Source: Macrostomum lignano
Taxonomy: Eukaryota
NCBI GenBank assembly: GCA_002269645.1
Contig: NIVC01000143.1
Span: 620,001-684,000, forward strand
Reading direction: 5' to 3'
DNA: 64,000 nt
Positions within the stretch are counted from its first letter, which is position 1. Every line of letters begins with the position of its first letter. A program made the position numbers and the translations under genes. The notes beneath the pieces are model-generated. The model worked only from the letters and a program-made list of their open reading frames with translations. It had not been told where the DNA came from and searched no databases. Positions 52,835 through 64,000 of this stretch are shown piece by piece.

Positions 52835-53184
52835 ACTTTTTTGAGACTGAGTTTTTAGTCAGAAAAAAAGACGTAAAACTCTTCATTTTTTAAACTCAAA
52901 TCAGAGCATTTGGGCGACATTTCTATTTATTTGAACCGCACTGCACTAAAAAAATAAATTTCTTTGACTATGCCTTTTCATTGTTTTTTTGCAAGGCTTC
53001 TAATAGTCAATTGAACGAGACTGACCCACCATCGCTGCACTGCACAAGATGTAAATATCTTATATATCTTAAAGATCATGTGGTTAGTGGTGAAAAAGTA
53101 GAGTTTACAGGTATAAATCAACGTTCGCTTCGCGATACTTTTTGAGTTTAACTTTACTTTAACCAGTACCCCCCAGTTCTGCTC

Positions 53185-53452
53185 ATTTCAGAAAGACACC
53201 TCCGCTCAGCCGCAGCTATTGCGCGGCGCATCTGAAGGCTGCGTACGGCTGTTCAGTCCAAGGAGTGGGGGTCGCTACACACCCTCAGTTACCGCGGCTA
53301 ATGCTGGCACCCATTTTACAGCTGGGTGAATTGAAGCAATGCATGAATTAAGTGTCTTGCTCAAGGACACAAATTGTTCTCATTGAGTCGAGAATCGAAC
53401 CCCCGACCTTTCAGTCGTAAGTCCGACGCTCTGACCACTAGGCTACAAACCA
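53185..53452 (-). mobile_element. tRNA-derived SINE with a conserved central domain (Meta/V-SINE-like)
   Basis: Minus strand: A box tagcctagtgg, B box ggttcgattc, then gtgtccttgagcaagacactt and cacccagctgtaaaatgggtgcc. The acceptor stem does not pair, so it is not a tRNA gene. Confidence 0.8.
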
Positions 53453-53800
53453 CTTATAGGATGAATAAAGAAAACTAACAAAAACAGGTATCAGGTGCTA
53501 TAAAAACAGCATCTCAGGTCTGCAGCAGCACCTCCCGCACCCGATGAGGGCAGTACGTACTGTACGTTGTTAACTGCATGCTTTACTGAAAGTATAGCGA
53601 CGGACAAACTATGATGTAGAAAGACAACATAGTGAAAAGACGTGTTACCTTTTTGAGTGGAAAAATTTCTAGACGAATCAGAGCAGCCCTCAAAAAGCTC
53701 CGCTTACAAAACTGACGCACAACAGCGAGAGCAGCTAACAAAACACAGAAGCGCTCCAGCTTCGGTGATTGCGATTTTTGAAAACTGGTGTTTTGAAAGC

Positions 53801-54811
53801 ATGAAGCAGGAATTTTTATTCGTTGCGCTAATGTGCGCCACAATTCACGGCTGCGATGCTCAAGAGAAAACAAAAGTGACGACGTTCAAACTAATGAAAG
53901 AACGCTGCCTGAACTTTTCTTTGTCTGCTTGGCAGAAGCCTTCGCCCTCCGCCTCCCTGCTCGACTGCTTCGTGTCGAGTCGGTCGTTCCGTCTCGGCAG
54001 CGTCGGCGTGGTGCAGCGGAACAAGCGAGACGCCTCGTGCGCGCTGTTCCGCTTCGGTGAGGTGTGCCGCCTGCTCAACTTGACCTCCACGACATCGACT
54101 TCGGGAGTGGCCGCTGAGAGCAGCTGCGAAACCCTGGTGGACTCGGAGTACGACGCGATCGCTGCGAACGAGCACTTCAGCGCTGTGTGGGTCGGAGACA
54201 GGGGACCGGCGCTGGAGAACCTGGTGTGCGGCTCCGAGGGACAGAGGAACCCCGTGAAGTCGCTCAATGTGACCTGGACGAGTGAGGGCGCTCGCATGGA
54301 CGGAGTCTCGTCTCGGCTGTGGGTGGACGACCCCACAGGTCTGGACTTCACGGCGTCCTACACCTGGGTGCTGCACCTGAAGAGGACTCCCAAGAAGCAA
54401 TGCTATTTGGAGTTGAGCAGCTGCAGCAATTTGGGCGGCAGCTTCGAGTACCGTGATCATTTCTGGGAGCTCAGCATGCTCTCGAACATCACGCGGTCCC
54501 TGAATCTGATGCCGGGCCAACCACGCCGATTCCAAACCGGCTCTGTGCTGCCCATCGACCCGCAGCAATTTTTAATTTTAGGCGTTGTCTTTGACCGAAC
54601 GGCGAGTCAGTGCAGATTTTTCCCAGGCTCCGCGCACTCCATCGATTCGGAATTTGTCACCTATACTTTGTCCAGCTACAATACCACTGGTGCCTGCATT
54701 AAGATCGGCTGGCGCTACCCAAACTACGGCCTACTCGATGGGGTCATCAGGGCTGTGGCCGTGGCCAACACGGCTCTGGACGATGAGGCCGTTCGAAAGC
54801 TTTTTAATTAG
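53801..54811 (+). CDS. Secreted protein with a C-terminal LamG/ConA-like domain, 336 aa, single exon
   Basis: Signal peptide MKQEFLFVALMCATIHGCDAQ; Cys-containing N-terminal part (possibly degenerate PAN/apple); LamG-like motifs GARMDGVSSRL..LDFTASYTW and IKIGWR...LDGVIRAVAVANTALDDEAVRKLF. The ORF-track start 53657 is a GTG. Confidence 0.75.
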   Translation: MKQEFLFVALMCATIHGCDAQEKTKVTTFKLMKERCLNFSLSAWQKPSPSASLLDCFVSSRSFRLGSVGVVQRNKRDASCALFRFGEVCRLLNLTSTTSTSGVAAESSCETLVDSEYDAIAANEHFSAVWVGDRGPALENLVCGSEGQRNPVKSLNVTWTSEGARMDGVSSRLWVDDPTGLDFTASYTWVLHLKRTPKKQCYLELSSCSNLGGSFEYRDHFWELSMLSNITRSLNLMPGQPRRFQTGSVLPIDPQQFLILGVVFDRTASQCRFFPGSAHSIDSEFVTYTLSSYNTTGACIKIGWRYPNYGLLDGVIRAVAVANTALDDEAVRKLFN

Positions 54812-56224
54812 GCAGTCGATTTAAAAATACTTTGATTCAGACGAATGTGACCTTTGGTAAGTGAAAATCTTTTTGGAACTTTGTCTGGAATTCTGGCAAA
54901 GGCTCGGTCAATGCTCTTGATAAAAATATGTAATGCAGATTCTTTTTTGTGAACGTGCATGTGATTAATGACCAAATATCTGGTTGAAAAGAACTTAATA
55001 TTTGACCTTTGTCCGTGACAATTTTACACGAATCAGGTGACTTTTAAAAGTGAAGAAGGAATTGGTTCTTAAGAAAATGTGCTTTTTTAATTGTTTTCCA
55101 TGAACTTTTTTTGCTCCTTGCTTTTTGGGCGCCCTGAAGGGGGGCCGCACTAGATTGCTAGTATATTCTAAGAGTACTTAAAGTGATATAATGAACTCTC
55201 GGCTTATTTCTTTAAATGGTTTCGGTTTTTGTATGCCTGAATCGATGAAGATGGGATCAATTACGTAAACCAATAAGCTTAAGTAAGAATAAGCAATAAA
55301 TTGATAATAGTCTCTCACGCACGACAGGGGTCCTTCTATCGAGAATAGTAATAGCATGCACAATTAAAAATTCGATTTTATATACTTTACGGTCTCTTAT
55401 ATATTGTCTCTTTATTCTTCTTGTCATAAATGAAAGTGCGAAATTCGGATGGACTATCAATTGGAGACACTGTTTTCAAACATTCGCAATTGTCAACTTG
55501 AGCCACCTGTTGGAGGTCCAGAAATTTGAGAAGTCATAGCTGATGCAGACACATGCGGTCGACGTGCTGATGAAATTGGAAGGCCTGGGAAGGCTGCACT
55601 GAGTTGTATTGAACAAATTAGCGTTCATGGGAAAATTCCGACTTTCTGGGAGAATTGGGAGAGTTTTCTGGGAGCATTCCGTTTTCGTAGCTAGCCATCC
55701 CCCACAATGCATACTGGGAACCCACGCGTATTGCTGTTTGCTTTAATTAACTCCTTAATTAATTAATGAGAGACTTTGGCAGTTGAGCCAACAAGTCCAA
55801 CAAAGGAAAGAACAATAGGTACAATGAGTAGGTAAGACGGCTTGGAGCCTGCTTGAAAAATTTATTTCTATTGTCTTAGCCCAACGTTGAGTTGAGTTGA
55901 ATATAATGCACTATTTGTCTCAAAAACCATTGGTAAGTTTCCAAAGAAAAAATAGAAAAAAGTGGGAAGCCAAAGTGGAACACTCGTTTTACATGCATAC
56001 GTTTTTTTCTTCCCAAATTCCAGAGAGACTTGTAGCTTAGTACAATTTAAGTTCTGCTAAGGCAAGAGAGCTAGTCGACACGCACACAGGTATATTTTTA
56101 ATTGGACAGGCTGCAACCCTAAAGAGGCGCCAATATTTAGTGTCTCTTGGTGGGTGTCAGTCAGTTAGTCAGTTAGTCAGTCAATCAGTAGTGAGTCAGT
56201 CAGTCAAAATTGAGCGCACTCAAA

Positions 56225-57250
56225 ACCGAAGTTGAAATCACAGAATATACACAGAATGCCGATTCGAGAATTTTTGTTTAAAAAATCGGTGCAAGAATTG
56301 AAATCACACCAGCCTACTCTTGTGAAGCGTTGTTGTGAAGCGTTGATAAGTAGGGCTTGAGTTTTTGCCATAGACTATTCCAAGAGCGATTTTTATTCTT
56401 TGCTTTCAAATGAAAATTAGGTTCAGTCTGAGCCAAGGACAACTTGATAACTCAGGACCGGAAACGAGCCAATTCAAGGCGAAAAAAGTATGAGGCTCGT
56501 TTAAAAGCATTGTTCTATGGCCCATCCGTATGCGCATGCTTTCAGTTGCCAATGTATACTCGTATCATATTTGACTTTTTGATAGGCAGTCAGAAGGCGG
56601 GTGCAGGGTCGGTTTTCTTAAATGTTGAATAGTTTTATTATCTTTCACTTTCTGTTTGTGGGATGGTTGTCACACACAAGCGCTACATGTTGATTGACGA
56701 GTTGAATGCACACGCCCATGTAGTCTGTCACGGTCTAAACAACAACAAAATTGTTAATGAATTCATGTGGCCAGGCTAAATCTGATTCACAAAGCACATT
56801 TGAAGAAATTCTTACCGTCAGTTGATTAGGCAGAGACAGTCGCCAAGCCTCTCGTTCAGTTGCATCTTTAGGAAATGAAAATACTGCAACATTCCGATCA
56901 CGGTTACTATTGTAGTTTGCACAACAGAAAATGACGCTGCATTTTCTCGGCATGATATTTAGTTTCAGCAAGAATAAAAGTTCTCTCTCTCAATTGCAAG
57001 TGCATGCGAAGAACTCAATTTTCAGCTCAGATTTCTTCGCTTTCGTAGCACACGGATGGGCCATAGAACAATGCTTTTAAACGAGCCTCATACTTTTTTC
57101 GCCATGAATTGGCTCGTTTCCGGTCCTGAGTTATTAAGTTGTCCTTGGTCTGAGCTAAGTTCAGGCAGTAGTGCACACGAATTTTAATTCGGCTTCATGG
57201 AAATCGCTCGATTTGGCATTCTGTGTATATTCTGTGGTTGAAGTGGTTAT
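56225..57250. mobile_element. Non-autonomous foldback element with nested inverted repeats and an internal decayed THAP exon
   Basis: Inner arms 56433-56532 / 57048-57147 (about 100 bp, few mismatches); outer arms 56235-56268 / 57203-57240 (cacagaatatacacagaatgcc). Confidence 0.8.
56735..56953 (-). pseudogene. Decayed THAP zinc-finger fragment
   Basis: MPRKCSVIFC...VFSFPKD..ER.AW...P...VLCESD retains the THAP C-C, FP and W landmarks; the CxxH histidine is replaced by D and the AVP motif is absent. Confidence 0.7.
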
Positions 57251-57432
57251 AAAGGTGTGCACTGAGATTTTTTGTCTAATTTTAGTTTCAGACTTTTGTC
57301 TATGGTCGAAATGTTGGATTTTTTGCCATAAGCTTTAATAGCAATACCTATAATTATGACTAACTATAGCAGTATTTATCTATATATCTAACTAAATGAG
57401 TATAGCTTAAAAAAGCTTTGATATTGCCAATC

Positions 57433-58638
57433 ATGACTCACGAAGCTCCCGCATCCCAGAATGGCGTGTCGAACGACTTTCAATCTTTTTGTCAGTCAGC
57501 ACTCGGTAAGATGCTTTATTTCTCAAGAAGGCGGCTGCTGCTGCTGCTGCCGCTTGCATGCTGCCTGCTTGCCGGTCTGTTCTACCTGCATCTGCTCAGC
57601 GTGCCGGCTCTGACCCCGAGACACCAAGTTGCACAGGCCTACACTACACACCTGCAGCTGGACTTGCAGGCTCTCAGGCAGAATTTCCCAAAGCTTAGGG
57701 ATGAGGTCATCAGGCAGCACAGCGGCCCGCACAGAAACCAGCTGGACCAGATGATGCTGAGCTACCTGCCGGTGTTCAATACCAGTGCGTGGGTGCTGCA
57801 CAGCCCCCGCGGCAGGCGCTTCACCATAGCGGAGGTCCAGGCTGTCGCCAAGTCCACCGTTCAGCCTGGCTTCCTGGTGCCAAACGTTGCCCACTTTGTG
57901 CTACCCTTCGGCGACACCCAGCTGCAGTTTCACCACATGGTCAGCATTCTCAGCTGCCTTCACGTGATGAAGCCGCACCGCATGATGCTGTGGTACGCTC
58001 CAGGCAGGCTGCCTACCGGACAGTGGTGGGACCGAGTGAGGAAGAACCTCACCGAGGCGGAGTGGGATGAGAAAATTATCATGGCTCAGAGACCGGTTCC
58101 CACATCGGTGTACTCGGTGCCAGCTCGTGGCAGAGAGCACCAGTCGGATGTGATGAGGCTGGAGGCTGTGCTGGTATTTGGCGGCGTGTATCTAGACATC
58201 GACGTTCTCGTGCTGAAGCCGCTGGACCCGTTGCGGAAGTTTGCCTTCACTATCGGCAGAGAGACGAGCGATGGACTGTGCAACGGCATCTTCTTGTCCG
58301 CTCCAAACTGGACATTTCTGGCCATGTGGCACACCGCATATCAGGTGTTCAATGATGACGCGTGGAATGAGCACTCGGTACGTTTGCCGCACTCGATGCA
58401 GCGCGCGTTTCCAGATCTGTCCCACGTGGAGGAAGACAGTTTGAACCGTCCGAACTGGACTCCGGACGAGGTGGCCTGGATCTACGGGATCGGACAGCAG
58501 CACCGGTGGGACTGGAGGAAGAAAAACTACGCTGTACACCTGTTTGGTACATTCGAAGATGAGAACATGTCTAGCATAAGAAGCCGGAACTCCATGTACG
58601 GAGAAATGTGCCGCCATATTCTTTTTGGGAGCGGCTGA
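57433..58638 (+). CDS. DXD-motif glycosyltransferase (GT32 / Gly_transf_sug-like), type II membrane, single exon
   Basis: TM RRRLLLLLPLACCLLAGLFYL; PNVAHFV; HQSDVMRLEAVLVFGGVYLDIDV; LCNGIFLSAPNWTFLAMW; YAVHLF. The start could be 57433 or 57511. Confidence 0.9.
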   Translation: MTHEAPASQNGVSNDFQSFCQSALGKMLYFSRRRLLLLLPLACCLLAGLFYLHLLSVPALTPRHQVAQAYTTHLQLDLQALRQNFPKLRDEVIRQHSGPHRNQLDQMMLSYLPVFNTSAWVLHSPRGRRFTIAEVQAVAKSTVQPGFLVPNVAHFVLPFGDTQLQFHHMVSILSCLHVMKPHRMMLWYAPGRLPTGQWWDRVRKNLTEAEWDEKIIMAQRPVPTSVYSVPARGREHQSDVMRLEAVLVFGGVYLDIDVLVLKPLDPLRKFAFTIGRETSDGLCNGIFLSAPNWTFLAMWHTAYQVFNDDAWNEHSVRLPHSMQRAFPDLSHVEEDSLNRPNWTPDEVAWIYGIGQQHRWDWRKKNYAVHLFGTFEDENMSSIRSRNSMYGEMCRHILFGSG

Positions 58639-59189
58639 ATAACCCTTATTACCCTGTCATGACGTGGTAGAAGAATTCAGATTTGGTTAAAGCAAAACAT
58701 TGCTTTTAATTTCTGAAGTACATGTACAGAGAAAATCCATGGACCCATGTTGTAGAAGTACATGTATAACGTTATTTATGTTCAGTGCTTGAAAACAATA
58801 AACTTAATTAATCCTACAACGGCTAATTTATTTTTATTATAGCTAGTACAGCATCACATTTTAGGCGGGTACTGTGCAGAATTTTTAATTGCTTTCGGGC
58901 GTGTGACCTGCTGATAATCTTTAAACTATCTTTAAATGTATGTCGAACGATGGCCAGAGATCATATGGCATCAGACTAATTGTATACATCGTAGGCTCTC
59001 TCCATGCAGCGAGGAGCTCCTCGGGGTTCTTATAAGCAGCGGCCGGGTCAACAAGCTTTGCCAGCCGAAAGTTGCCTGCAGCCGGAAATTTGCCAGCCAA
59101 AAAATATTTGCCAGCCAAGAAAGTTACCAGCGAAAAAATACAGCAAGCTAGGATTAAAAAGAAAGGTATATACAGCTAGATTTTATTTT

Positions 59190-59370
59190 CAGATCGGATG
59201 TCAGCGAGATCCAAAATGCCAGCTGTTTGCCGAAAAGGGCGTCAATGATATGGTGATGACAGACTGGGACTGCGACAGCTGCAGGAATTGGTTTCACGTA
59301 CCGTTGCAGGGGTGCGATACTTCAGGCATTTTTTAAATACATGTATTAAAATGTAATGCGAATGATACAT
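59190..59370 (+). pseudogene. Decayed PHD-finger-like fragment
   Basis: C.....C...DWDCDSCRNWFHVP; removing one t gives HVPCRG and removing one a downstream gives TCIKC. It follows an acceptor-like ttattttcag. Confidence 0.4.
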
Positions 59371-61160
59371 GCCACGAGGCCGCGGCGCGGGTGCACTGCA
59401 CTAGTTCTGAGAGATCATAACTAAAATACAATTGTACAAGTAGATTAATTAATCATTCAGTGCAGATGAACAGCTAACAGTCTAACATGACGGGTGAATA
59501 ATTTTGGCTTTAATAATGAATAATGGGTGAATATAATGTCGGGTTGCTGCGCAAGTTGACCAAATATCCTAGAACCGTTAATAGTATTACCGTAAGCTAA
59601 AGTAGCTCCTTATGTGGTTTAGAGCTGCAACTTTTTGCGGTATTTCTTGTACTTTTGCGTTTTGCAATACGGTAGGTGTAGCTTATTTAGGCTAAACCGA
59701 TGCTAAACCCCATATTTATATTGCTTTTATGCACATTCCTCAATTATTGATCGCACCACTTTCACTCTTTATTGATCGCCTCACCCCATTTTACGCTCAC
59801 TCGTGTATGCCTTGCTTTCTCTGAACTCATAAAAATATCGAACCATACCCAAATATATCGCTCAAATACTTTTCCGTTCCCATCGTTTCTATAGCGCATC
59901 ATAGTTTGTTTTTTTATCTGTAGTTATATTAGAGAAAACTATGTTTAATTGCTAAAGTAATTTTTTTTTAAATGAATTTACTAAATTAGCTAAAAGGTAA
60001 TTATGTATTTGTTATATTAGAATAATTTTTTTTAAGAAACGAACTTTCCAGAAAGTTCCTTATAAATTCGAAAGAAATTTAAATTATACAGTTCGTGCGC
60101 GGACCGCACTTACGTCACATGTAATAACCTATGTTGTTGGACTCACATCTAAGACTAAGTAAAGGCATTCAGAGTCCATACGCAGCCAGGTTTTTAATAA
60201 TACAATAACTCATTTATCTAAATGTGTTCCGTGTCGCTAATCACTATATATCACAATTCACAGTGCTTTTGTTTTTATTGCATTGCATTGTGATTTAATT
60301 GATCTCTTTTTTTGACAATTTTTAAGCCGACTAATTTTCTATAGTCAATATATTGGTTTTTATTCAATATTTTATTATACGTATTTATTTCAAAAGTAGT
60401 ATATTTTGTCTAATTTTTACTCTCTTCTGTCTCAGTTCCTGTTTTTTAAAACAATAAATAGGCTAGAGATAGGGATAGGCCTAGAATAGAACTTTTGCAC
60501 ACAAATGAAAGTATTCCAAAACTACAAGAGAAAAAGTTTTATTTTATTTTTCCACTTTTCAGCAAAAAAATAATTAGTATTCTGCAAATTTATGCATACC
60601 TTCAGGCTTCAGCTTCAGTTACTATTTATATCTTTAAGAATCAAAACTGTCTATATAGTATATTTGTCAATGTACAATTTTGATTGCTATAGACTCCCAA
60701 ACCAAACTCCTCAACTAAATTACACCAAATTTTGTTCTTACCCTAAACTCACTACAAAGATAGTCTTAGGCTAGGCCTACCTTAAATTTTCTAAAATCTA
60801 AGTCTAGTTACTCAAACAGTAAAAAAAGCAGTTTTTTTCACTAAATCATACATAGTGCCATTCTACTTTTACTAATCCTCTTAAATTTGAGATAGACAAT
60901 CTTCAACTATGTTATGTTGAAAATTGTTATATTATTTTATTGGCTAAGATGGCTATGTTAGCTATAATAGTTTGGTAAAAAATTTGAACCATTTCCCTCT
61001 ATATAGGCAAACTCTATCAATTTAATAGTAAGTAGCAATTTGCAATCCAAGGCAATCTAGCATGGTTTGTAAAAGCAAAATATTTTTGAAAATGCAATAC
61101 AAACCTAATTTAATCATAACAAAATTTTAATATTAAGTTTCATCTAAAGGTAACTGTAAT

Positions 61161-61837
61161 CCATAGTCAGGAAGGTGGCAAGTGCACGCGGGAATCAATT
61201 TATGGAAAAATCCTTGGTGCATGCCAATGTACGCCAATTTTTTAAAACCCTTAACATGACGTTTCTGTTGCACACCAAAAATCTTGAATACCAAAAATCA
61301 TGTACGCCTCATGTACATGTGATTTGAATATTAACCGTATTAGATACTATTTTTAAATAAATTTTCTACTTACATTAAACAAAGTTTATATAAAAAAAGG
61401 AAATTCGCTACAAAGAACATACTGAGTATCAAAAACTTTTTCTTCAAATTTCAAGAATTAAATAAACTAAAAGTCTACAAGAGTCACAAAATAAGAGCAT
61501 TTAAAAGTTATTGGATATTTTAATTTTAATGTAGGCTGTAGAGTGTAGGCCTGGCTGTAGCCTCAACTAGTTGGTTTAATCAATATTCAAATTCAATTGT
61601 TCACGTTTAACTTTATATATTGTATATATATAGTGTATACATCTATATCTGACTTGTTGATATACTGTCAGTTTGTAATTGCACGCCAAGGTTACACGCC
61701 AAGTAAAAAACTTGTACGCTGAAAATTTAGGTGTGGCTTGAGACCCCTATTTGCACGCCAACTTTGCATGCCAAAATTTTAGCGTGGCTTGTGCACGCGG
61801 GAAAATTCCCGCGTGCAGGCCACCTTCCTGAGTATGG
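61161..61837. mobile_element. MITE with about 35-bp TIRs and subterminal gcacgcca/gtacgcca repeats
   Basis: ccatagtcaggaaggtggcaagtgcacgcgggaat vs attcccgcgtgcaggccaccttcctgagtatgg. Confidence 0.82.
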
Positions 61838-61860
61838 ACTATAATGTAAAATTTAATATG

Positions 61861-62460
61861 GTCTCCTAAAAATATGTATATTTCCTTAGTTGTTAGACTG
61901 ATATAGACTGCAATTAGGTAGAAGATATAGAAATTCTTTTTTGGGCTACATATTGGCTAGAAAAATGATATTATTAAAGCATAAAAACAATGATAAAAGT
62001 ATTATGTCCCATAAACTGGCTTTCCAAGTAGGGATAAATAGCCTTTTACCTCAAAGGCCAGATAAAAAGGCTGAGAAGCAGATAAGAATAGAAATAAAAA
62101 GGAATAGGCAATTAAAAGAGTAGAAAAAGGTGAGAGAAGGGATAAAAAAGATAGAAGAAAAAAGGATAGACAATCAAGGGATAAGGATTATGAGAGAGAG
62201 AGAGAGAGAAAGAGAGAAGAAGGTGGAGAGAAGTAAAAAAAGTGTAAAAAAGAAAGGGAAAGAAAAAAGAAAAAGAAAGAGAGACAAGAGAAGCTAAAGG
62301 AAAGAATAGAGTTGAGAAAAAGGAGAGAATAGATGAAACATGATAGAGTAAAGAGGTGAAAAGCCAGGATAGAGTGGTAGAAAAGAAGAGAAGAAAAGAA
62401 AAGAAAGATAAGAGAGCAAAGATGGGAAAGATAATGAGACAGGATAAAGAAGAGAAGGAG
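61861..62460 (+). repeat. Second copy of segment A followed by a GA-rich tract
   Basis: Direct homolog of 797-1010, strongly AT-shifted. Confidence 0.75.
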
Positions 62461-62777
62461 AGCCTCCAATCCCAAAGGTACAAACTATTGCAAATACAAA
62501 AATATCAAATAATCCCTAACTAATAGAAATACAAACTAATAGCTTGAAGATAAATTGTTTATAATTATAGATAAGCAAAAATATCCTTTGAATAGAACAG
62601 TGTGTTTACTAATATAGATTTTATTTGTTTATTGAAATATATATTTTATATAGTTATTATTTTATAAATTTTATATGCTGTTATTAAAGACATATAAACA
62701 TATAGTGCAAAGGCTATTTTGTACTTTATTTTCTTAGGATAAATTGAGTATTTTACTTTTGTTTTATTATATTCTTG

Positions 62778-63455
62778 CAACAAGCTGTTGAAACCTGTGG
62801 ATTTTCAACCCAGGGAATTCCAATCCCCGGAACTACTTTTGCATGTATTCTGAAATCTAAGGCCATACACAAACAAAAACTTGTTAATAGTTAGTAGGAT
62901 AGAGGTATACATAAAATGGAGCACATTTGCATAAAATTAGGATTTGAGGCAAACACTGATATTGTTGGCTGGGCCGCTGGGGTACTGCGCAGAATGTCAG
63001 GCAATGTCTGTCTGACTCTAAAACATGTATGGGCAAACTCTGGCCTCTACCTGCCTCTCCCTACATCCCTTGGATCCTTTAAAATTTCTATTGTCTCTTC
63101 TGTTTCCTCTCTTCTCTCTCGTCCCTTGTCTCTCCTCTCTCATCTCTCCTTCTCTCGTATCTTCCCTCATCTCTCTTCTCTTTCATCTCTCTTATCTCAT
63201 CTCGTGTCTCTTCTTTTCTCTCTCCTCTCCTCTCTCCTCTCTACTTTTTCGTTTTCTCTCTCCTCTCCTCTCTCCTCTCTACTCTTTCGTTTTCTCTCTC
63301 CTCTCTCCCATCTTTTGTCGTATCTTCCCTCATCTCTCTTCTCTTTCATATCTATTATCCACTTATCACATCTCTTCCCTCTTCAGCTCTTCTTTTCTCT
63401 CTTCTCTTAACTGTCTCCTCTACTCTCTCATCTCTCCTCTCTACTTGTTCCTCTC
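62778..63455 (+). repeat. Inverted copy of segment B with a CT-rich tract
   Basis: Reverse complement of about 1850-2356. Confidence 0.92.
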
Positions 63456-63922
63456 TATAGACATAGACACTATAGACACTTATATATTTTAGACACTAAG
63501 TTTATATAGAAAACTAACCTTTCTTAATTCTTATGAAACCAAAATTAGTCAAAAATGGCTGCAACAATTATTTACCCCTGAGTCTCATATTATATTGATA
63601 ACACAAAATTTCTCATTTGTACACAAAGCAAGAAAATCGTTTACATAGGTTTAATAATAGTATTATAATGCTGTTTTAACATTCTTATGTTACCTATGCA
63701 TAGAACTTTAGGTATGTGTGCTCTAGACTTCCTGGAGGGGTTGGAAGCACTATTTTCATGTTTAAAAATCCAATTTTATTTGAACACTGTTTTTAAATTT
63801 AAAAAGTTATAGCAAGTTTTTTTAATTATTCACATTTTTATCTTGGTCAACCTATTTGATCGTTTCTAAAAGGCTTTAAAATGTGCTTCAATATCGTTTT
63901 TTGTATTCAATTTTATGAAAAC

Positions 63923-64000
63923 ATGTCCAGTTTAGAATCAACTTCTGACAAGCCTGCTGCCAAAAATAGAGAAAACGATGAGTCATCCAAAATGCTTCCC
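63923..64000 (+). CDS. Possible start of a gene running off the window (MSSLESTSDKPAAKNRENDESSKMLP...)
   Basis: ATG followed by 26 open codons up to the window edge, placed at the end of a CpG-depleted block in the same way as the hnRNP ATG. No homology recognised. Confidence 0.3.
   Translation, partial: MSSLESTSDKPAAKNRENDESSKMLP

Noticed and set aside
53375-53452. tRNA-Val(TAC)-like sequence
   Set aside because: The acceptor stem does not pair and the sequence continues into a SINE body.

Overview
Eukaryotic (animal) genomic DNA; not prokaryotic, no CRISPR array, no rRNA or true tRNA gene. The gene content, GT-AG introns and very high minisatellite load would fit a free-living flatworm such as Macrostomum, but that is inference only. 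Genes reconstructed by hand: hnRNP Q/R (SYNCRIP-like, +, 5 exons), a type II transmembrane MACIT collagen (XIII/XXIII/XXV-like, +, about 18 exons including microexons), endophilin B apparently without SH3 (-), a DEG/ENaC channel (+) with an inverted decayed copy, an intronless kindlin (-), an orphan ORF, a secreted LamG-like protein and a GT32 DXD glycosyltransferase (+). Mobile DNA: decayed Tc1/mariner, 5'-truncated RTE LINE with an 11-bp TSD, a tRNA-derived SINE, MITEs, a THAP-containing foldback and a foldback carrying degenerate telomeric repeats. Main leads: (1) three kb-scale domains next to gene 5' ends that are almost free of CpG and rich in TpA, where paralogous repeats show directional C>T/G>A decay in CpG and also CpA context (methylation- or RIP-like hypermutation); (2) the telomere-repeat foldback element with an 8-9 bp TSD; (3) a 77/78-bp tandem array that amplifies a real collagen exon-intron junction; (4) furin-like basic motifs spread over symmetric microexons.
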